Origin: Acholeplasmataceae bacterium
Lineage (GTDB): Bacteria > Bacillota_I > Bacilli_A > Acholeplasmatales > Acholeplasmataceae
Length of the DNA: 64,000 nt
Reading direction: 5' to 3'
NCBI GenBank assembly: GCA_963675245.1
Contig: OY775910.1
Coordinates: 1,248,001 to 1,312,000 of the forward strand
This document shows positions 60,170 through 64,000 of the stretch, piece by piece. The position numbers were made by a program, and so were the translations under genes. Under the pieces are notes generated by a model. That model did not search any database. It saw nothing but the letters and a program-made list of their open reading frames with translations, and was not told the origin of the DNA. Position 1 is the stretch's first letter. Each line of letters opens with the position of its first letter.

Positions 60170-60946
60170 ATGTTAAACGTCGTTATTTTTGATGTTGATA
60201 ATACCATTTATGATAGTAAAAAATCTTTAGTCCCTGAAAAAACAAGACAGTTGCTCGCCGAATTATCTGCGAAAGATAACGTTATTTTAGGGTTAGCGAC
60301 AGGAAGAGGTAGAAAAAAGTTAGATATTATAGAAGATATCTTACCTTTTTTCACATTTAAGATTTTATTAAATGGTGCAGTCGTTTTAAAAGATAACGAT
60401 ATTATTTTTGATGAACCTCTTAAAACAAAAGATATCGAATTTGCTTTAGATAAAACCAAAGGACATGATCTCAATGTTGGTATGGTTGGTTTGGACGATG
60501 AAGCAGTTAACTATTGGGATGACCGAGTAGGTTATGGGATGAAAGTCATGCGTGGGATATTTCCAAAAGTTGATCCTGAATTTTATTTAAAATCAAAGAT
60601 TTATCAATTATGGATGTTTGCTGATTATGAAACAGAAATATTGGATATTGCTAAAGATATACCGGCATTTAGAGTCTATCCTTGGCATCATGGGGGTGCT
60701 GATTTTAATTATCCGCACATCAATAAATCTTTTGGTATAAAAAAAGCGTTAGAAACGCTTCCTGAATGTCAACTCATCTGTGTTGGTGATGGTTATAATG
60801 ATATAGGTATGTTAGAAATAGCGGATATTAGTATCGCGATGGAAAATTCTAGATTTGATGAGCTAAAAGAAAAAGCCGATCATATCGCACCGGCGATATC
60901 CGAAGATCAGCTTTATGATTTCTTCAAATCTATTCATCTGATTTAG
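60170..60946 (+). CDS. Cof-type HAD hydrolase
   Basis: FDVDNT, ATGR, NGA, GDGYND. Confidence 0.9.
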   Translation: MLNVVIFDVDNTIYDSKKSLVPEKTRQLLAELSAKDNVILGLATGRGRKKLDIIEDILPFFTFKILLNGAVVLKDNDIIFDEPLKTKDIEFALDKTKGHDLNVGMVGLDDEAVNYWDDRVGYGMKVMRGIFPKVDPEFYLKSKIYQLWMFADYETEILDIAKDIPAFRVYPWHHGGADFNYPHINKSFGIKKALETLPECQLICVGDGYNDIGMLEIADISIAMENSRFDELKEKADHIAPAISEDQLYDFFKSIHLI

Positions 60947-61421
60947 GTCGAATACGTTCCTGAACCATTTTAATAATTTCTTTTGGCACATATGGTGAGA
61001 TGTCCGCATGATGAACGATTAATTCTTTAATCGCTGAAGATGAGACAAAGTGATTTCTAGATGATGGGAATAAGATACATGTCTCAACACCACGATCGAT
61101 ATTTCTATTGAATTGATATAAAGCATATTCGTTTTCATAATCCTGAATATTACGTAAACCTCTAACAATAAGTTTAATGCCGTGATTTTTGGCATAACGA
61201 ACGATAAGATCATCAGAATAGGCTATCACGATGTTTTTAACATCAGTAGTCACTAGTTCAATCATTTTAATTCGTTCTTCAACTGTAAAGGTAGGCACTT
61301 TTTTATAGTTATCAGCGACGACAACATGAAGTTCATCAACCATTCTAGCAGCACGTTTGATAATATCTAAGTGTCCAATGGTAAGGGGATCAAAAGTCCC
61401 AGGATATACGGCTTTTTTCAT
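60930..61421 (-). CDS. coaD: phosphopantetheine adenylyltransferase
   Basis: YPGTFDPLTIGH, VRGLR, VSSSAIKE. Confidence 0.96.
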   Translation of the reverse strand: MKKAVYPGTFDPLTIGHLDIIKRAARMVDELHVVVADNYKKVPTFTVEERIKMIELVTTDVKNIVIAYSDDLIVRYAKNHGIKLIVRGLRNIQDYENEYALYQFNRNIDRGVETCILFPSSRNHFVSSSAIKELIVHHADISPYVPKEIIKMVQERIRPKSDE

Positions 61422-61493
61422 CTTATTACCTCATTTCACTTATAAGTATAGCAAAAAAAATATTGAAAAGATATCTAAGGAGATTAAAAAGAC

Positions 61494-61892
61494 ATGTCAA
61501 TTCATAAGAAAAACATCATTATACTGAGTCTGTTAGATGTGGCATATGTTATTTTAAGTATTAATATCGTATTATCATATTATCTAGGTGAAACAACAAG
61601 CTGGTATGCGTATATACCGTTTGCAATCATATTAATCATAGGTGCTGTTGGTTTGCTTGTTTACCGGAAGCAAACAGAAGCATTACTTCCTATTGCTAAA
61701 TGGCAATATACACTCACGAGAGTCTTAACGTTAGCCTTTTTAATTGTATATGTTGTACAAATGCTTTTAGTACCAAATCCAAGAGAATATCAAGCAAGTT
61801 TATCTATTCTGATTGCTAGTTTTTTAGGGGTGATTAGTTTAGTGTCATTAAGCTTACATATATATATCTTATGGCGTGGTCATAAGAAATAG
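61494..61892 (+). CDS. hypothetical four-TM membrane protein
   Basis: Four hydrophobic segments; AAGGAG upstream. Confidence 0.7.
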   Translation: MSIHKKNIIILSLLDVAYVILSINIVLSYYLGETTSWYAYIPFAIILIIGAVGLLVYRKQTEALLPIAKWQYTLTRVLTLAFLIVYVVQMLLVPNPREYQASLSILIASFLGVISLVSLSLHIYILWRGHKK

Positions 61893-61935
61893 CCTTATTA
61901 TCGTGTTATAATGAAATAGAGAGAGGGGTGATTGT

Positions 61936-64000
61936 TTGCCTAAAACGATCTTTGTTTCAAACCGCTTACCGGTTACAGTACGCTATAAAAACCGTGAATT
62001 TTCATATCATGAAAGTATTGGTGGACTAGCTACAGGATTAAAAAGAGAACATGAAAAAGAAGGACTTTGGATTGGTTGGTCTGGATTATCAACTGAACGC
62101 ATGAGAAGTCATCAGAAAGAAATTTCCGAAAAATTATTTAATGCGTATCGATGTGTACCCGTGAGTTTGTCTGATAATGATGTCAAACTTTATTATGAAG
62201 GGTTTTCTAATCAAACGATATGGCCGTTATTTCATTACTTTCCAGCACTCACAAAATTTGATAGTAAAATGTGGGCACGATACAAACGTGTTAACATGAA
62301 GTTTTATGATGCACTAAAACCCTTCATTGAACAAGATAGTCTGATTTGGATTCATGATTATCAGCTAATGTTATTACCTGAGCTAGTCAGAAATGATTTT
62401 CCTAATGTTAAAATTGGCTTTTTCTTGCATATACCATTTCCATCTTCGGAAATATTTAGATTACTTATATGGAAGCATTCGATTTTAAAAGGCATCTTAG
62501 GTGCTGATTTAATTGGTTTTCACACATATGATTATGTGCGTCACTTTTTAAGTAGTGTCAGACGGATTTTAAATATTCAACATCATTATTACAATCTGCA
62601 ATATAATGATCGCAACATAGAGGTAGATGCCTATCCTATGGGTATCAATTATGATTACTTTGCAAAAGATAGAAAATTAAAGATAAATAAAGAACCATAT
62701 CGCATTATTTTATCGGTTGATCGATTAGATTATACTAAAGGTATATTAGAGCGTATAAGAGGTTATCAAACTTTCTTGACCAAATACCCAAAGTATAGAA
62801 AACAAGTTAAATTACACTTAATTGTCGCACCTTCTAGACAGAGTTTACCAACCTATGATAAGCTTAGTCGAGATATTGAACAATTGGTATCTCAAGTCAA
62901 TGGTGAATTTGGTTCCTTTGATTGGATGCCAATATGGTATTTATATCAATCATTTGATCAAGATGACTTAATCGAACGATATAAAGCCTCCGATGTATTG
63001 CTTGTAACACCACTTAGAGATGGTATGAATCTAATTGCGAAAGAGTATATTGCAGCTCATACTGACCGTTTAGGTATGCTGATATTATCCGAAACAGCGG
63101 GTGCATCAAGCGAGTTATCAGAAGCAATTATCGTTAATCCAAATGATGATAATCAAATTGCATATAGCATTAAATACGCACTTGAAATGCCAAAAAGTGA
63201 GCAAATGGCTAGAAATGACATTATGCATCAACGTTTAAAACGATATAATGTGACTTTTTGGGCAGCAGCTTTTATTGATCGGTTATCTAAAACACATGAT
63301 GAAGAAAAGAAGCGTAATAAAATTAAACCTTTAGATGAAGATAAATTATTAAATCAATATGCAACAGCAAAAAAACGTTTGATTGTCTTAGATTATGATG
63401 GTACACTCGTTGAGTTTGCTGATAATCCGATGCAAGCATATCCAACGAAACGTGTCCTAAAATTATTAAGTGATTTATCAAAAGAAGAAAAGAATGATGT
63501 TGTTATTATCTCAGGACGAGATCATGATACGCTAGAACAATGGCTAAGCAAATTAAATATTAGTTTAGTAGGTGATCATGGGCTTTGGTATAAACACCCT
63601 AACCAAGAATGGCGTCAAACGATATTAGTCCAAAGTGATTGGAAATCATCTATTATACACATCTTGGAACGTTATGTTGATAGAATGCCTGGATCATTTA
63701 TTGAGGAAAAGAAAAATTCACTTGCATTGCATTATCGCAAAGCAGAACCAGAAATGGTCGCGGTTAAATTACCTGAAATTAAAGATGCACTTTATTCCAT
63801 TAAAGGCACAAATCCGATTGCTATCCAATCTGGAAATATGGTCTTAGAAGTTAAAGATCAGCGTGTTAATAAAGGTATCGCAACCCGTTTATTTGATATC
63901 GATAGTTATGATTTTGTATTTGTAGCTGGCGATGATACGACAGATGAAGATATGTTTACCGCTTTGCCAAATGCCCATCAGTTGAAAGTAGGCTTTGGTG
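61936..64000 (+). CDS. bifunctional trehalose-6-phosphate synthase/phosphatase (partial, runs off window)
   Basis: TTG start after GAGGGG: MPKTIFVSNRLPV; GGLA, WPLFHY, WIHDYQLM, FLHIPFP, VDRLDYTKG, RDGMNLIAKEY, then HAD LDYDGTL, ISGR, AGDDTTDEDMF. Absent from the ORF track because there is no stop in the window. Confidence 0.93.
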   Translation, partial: MPKTIFVSNRLPVTVRYKNREFSYHESIGGLATGLKREHEKEGLWIGWSGLSTERMRSHQKEISEKLFNAYRCVPVSLSDNDVKLYYEGFSNQTIWPLFHYFPALTKFDSKMWARYKRVNMKFYDALKPFIEQDSLIWIHDYQLMLLPELVRNDFPNVKIGFFLHIPFPSSEIFRLLIWKHSILKGILGADLIGFHTYDYVRHFLSSVRRILNIQHHYYNLQYNDRNIEVDAYPMGINYDYFAKDRKLKINKEPYRIILSVDRLDYTKGILERIRGYQTFLTKYPKYRKQVKLHLIVAPSRQSLPTYDKLSRDIEQLVSQVNGEFGSFDWMPIWYLYQSFDQDDLIERYKASDVLLVTPLRDGMNLIAKEYIAAHTDRLGMLILSETAGASSELSEAIIVNPNDDNQIAYSIKYALEMPKSEQMARNDIMHQRLKRYNVTFWAAAFIDRLSKTHDEEKKRNKIKPLDEDKLLNQYATAKKRLIVLDYDGTLVEFADNPMQAYPTKRVLKLLSDLSKEEKNDVVIISGRDHDTLEQWLSKLNISLVGDHGLWYKHPNQEWRQTILVQSDWKSSIIHILERYVDRMPGSFIEEKKNSLALHYRKAEPEMVAVKLPEIKDALYSIKGTNPIAIQSGNMVLEVKDQRVNKGIATRLFDIDSYDFVFVAGDDTTDEDMFTALPNAHQLKVGFG

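Noticed and set aside
60140..60170. Integration at the guaA 3' end, a known island hotspot
   Set aside because: guaA is followed 3 bp later by a core-like HAD gene; no integrase or duplication.

Overview
A 64 kb AT-rich chromosomal window read with the standard bacterial code (TGA is used as stop, TGG for Trp). Gene content and order point to a low-GC Bacillota-derived genome, most likely an Acholeplasmatales-like mollicute; this is inference, since no cell-wall genes are seen. Most of the window is housekeeping: rlmN(3' end)-rsgA-rpe-thiN, rpmB, fakA, ldh, proS, a nine-gene V/A-type ATPase operon, an EF-G paralogue, hpf, sodA, rqcH, gmk-rpoZ, uvrC, rnj, a purine riboswitch with guaB-guaA, coaD and a fused trehalose-6-phosphate synthase/phosphatase that runs off the right edge. 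There are four tRNAs and two apparently intact IS elements (IS30 and ISL3 families) with readable inverted repeats and target duplications. Three signals are least explained. (1) An integrase-less accessory tract after tRNA-Leu(GAG) has gene modules bounded by a duplicated ~200 bp unit with strictly phased motifs (ACACGATT every 20 bp), plus a GGGTGCG array every 21 bp. (2) A ~220 nt promoter-preceded, extensively self-complementary non-coding segment at 32966-33188 is a candidate ncRNA. (3) That segment sits inside a cluster of small paralogous membrane proteins sharing an acidic-aromatic N-terminal motif. All assignments come from reading the sequence; no searches were run.
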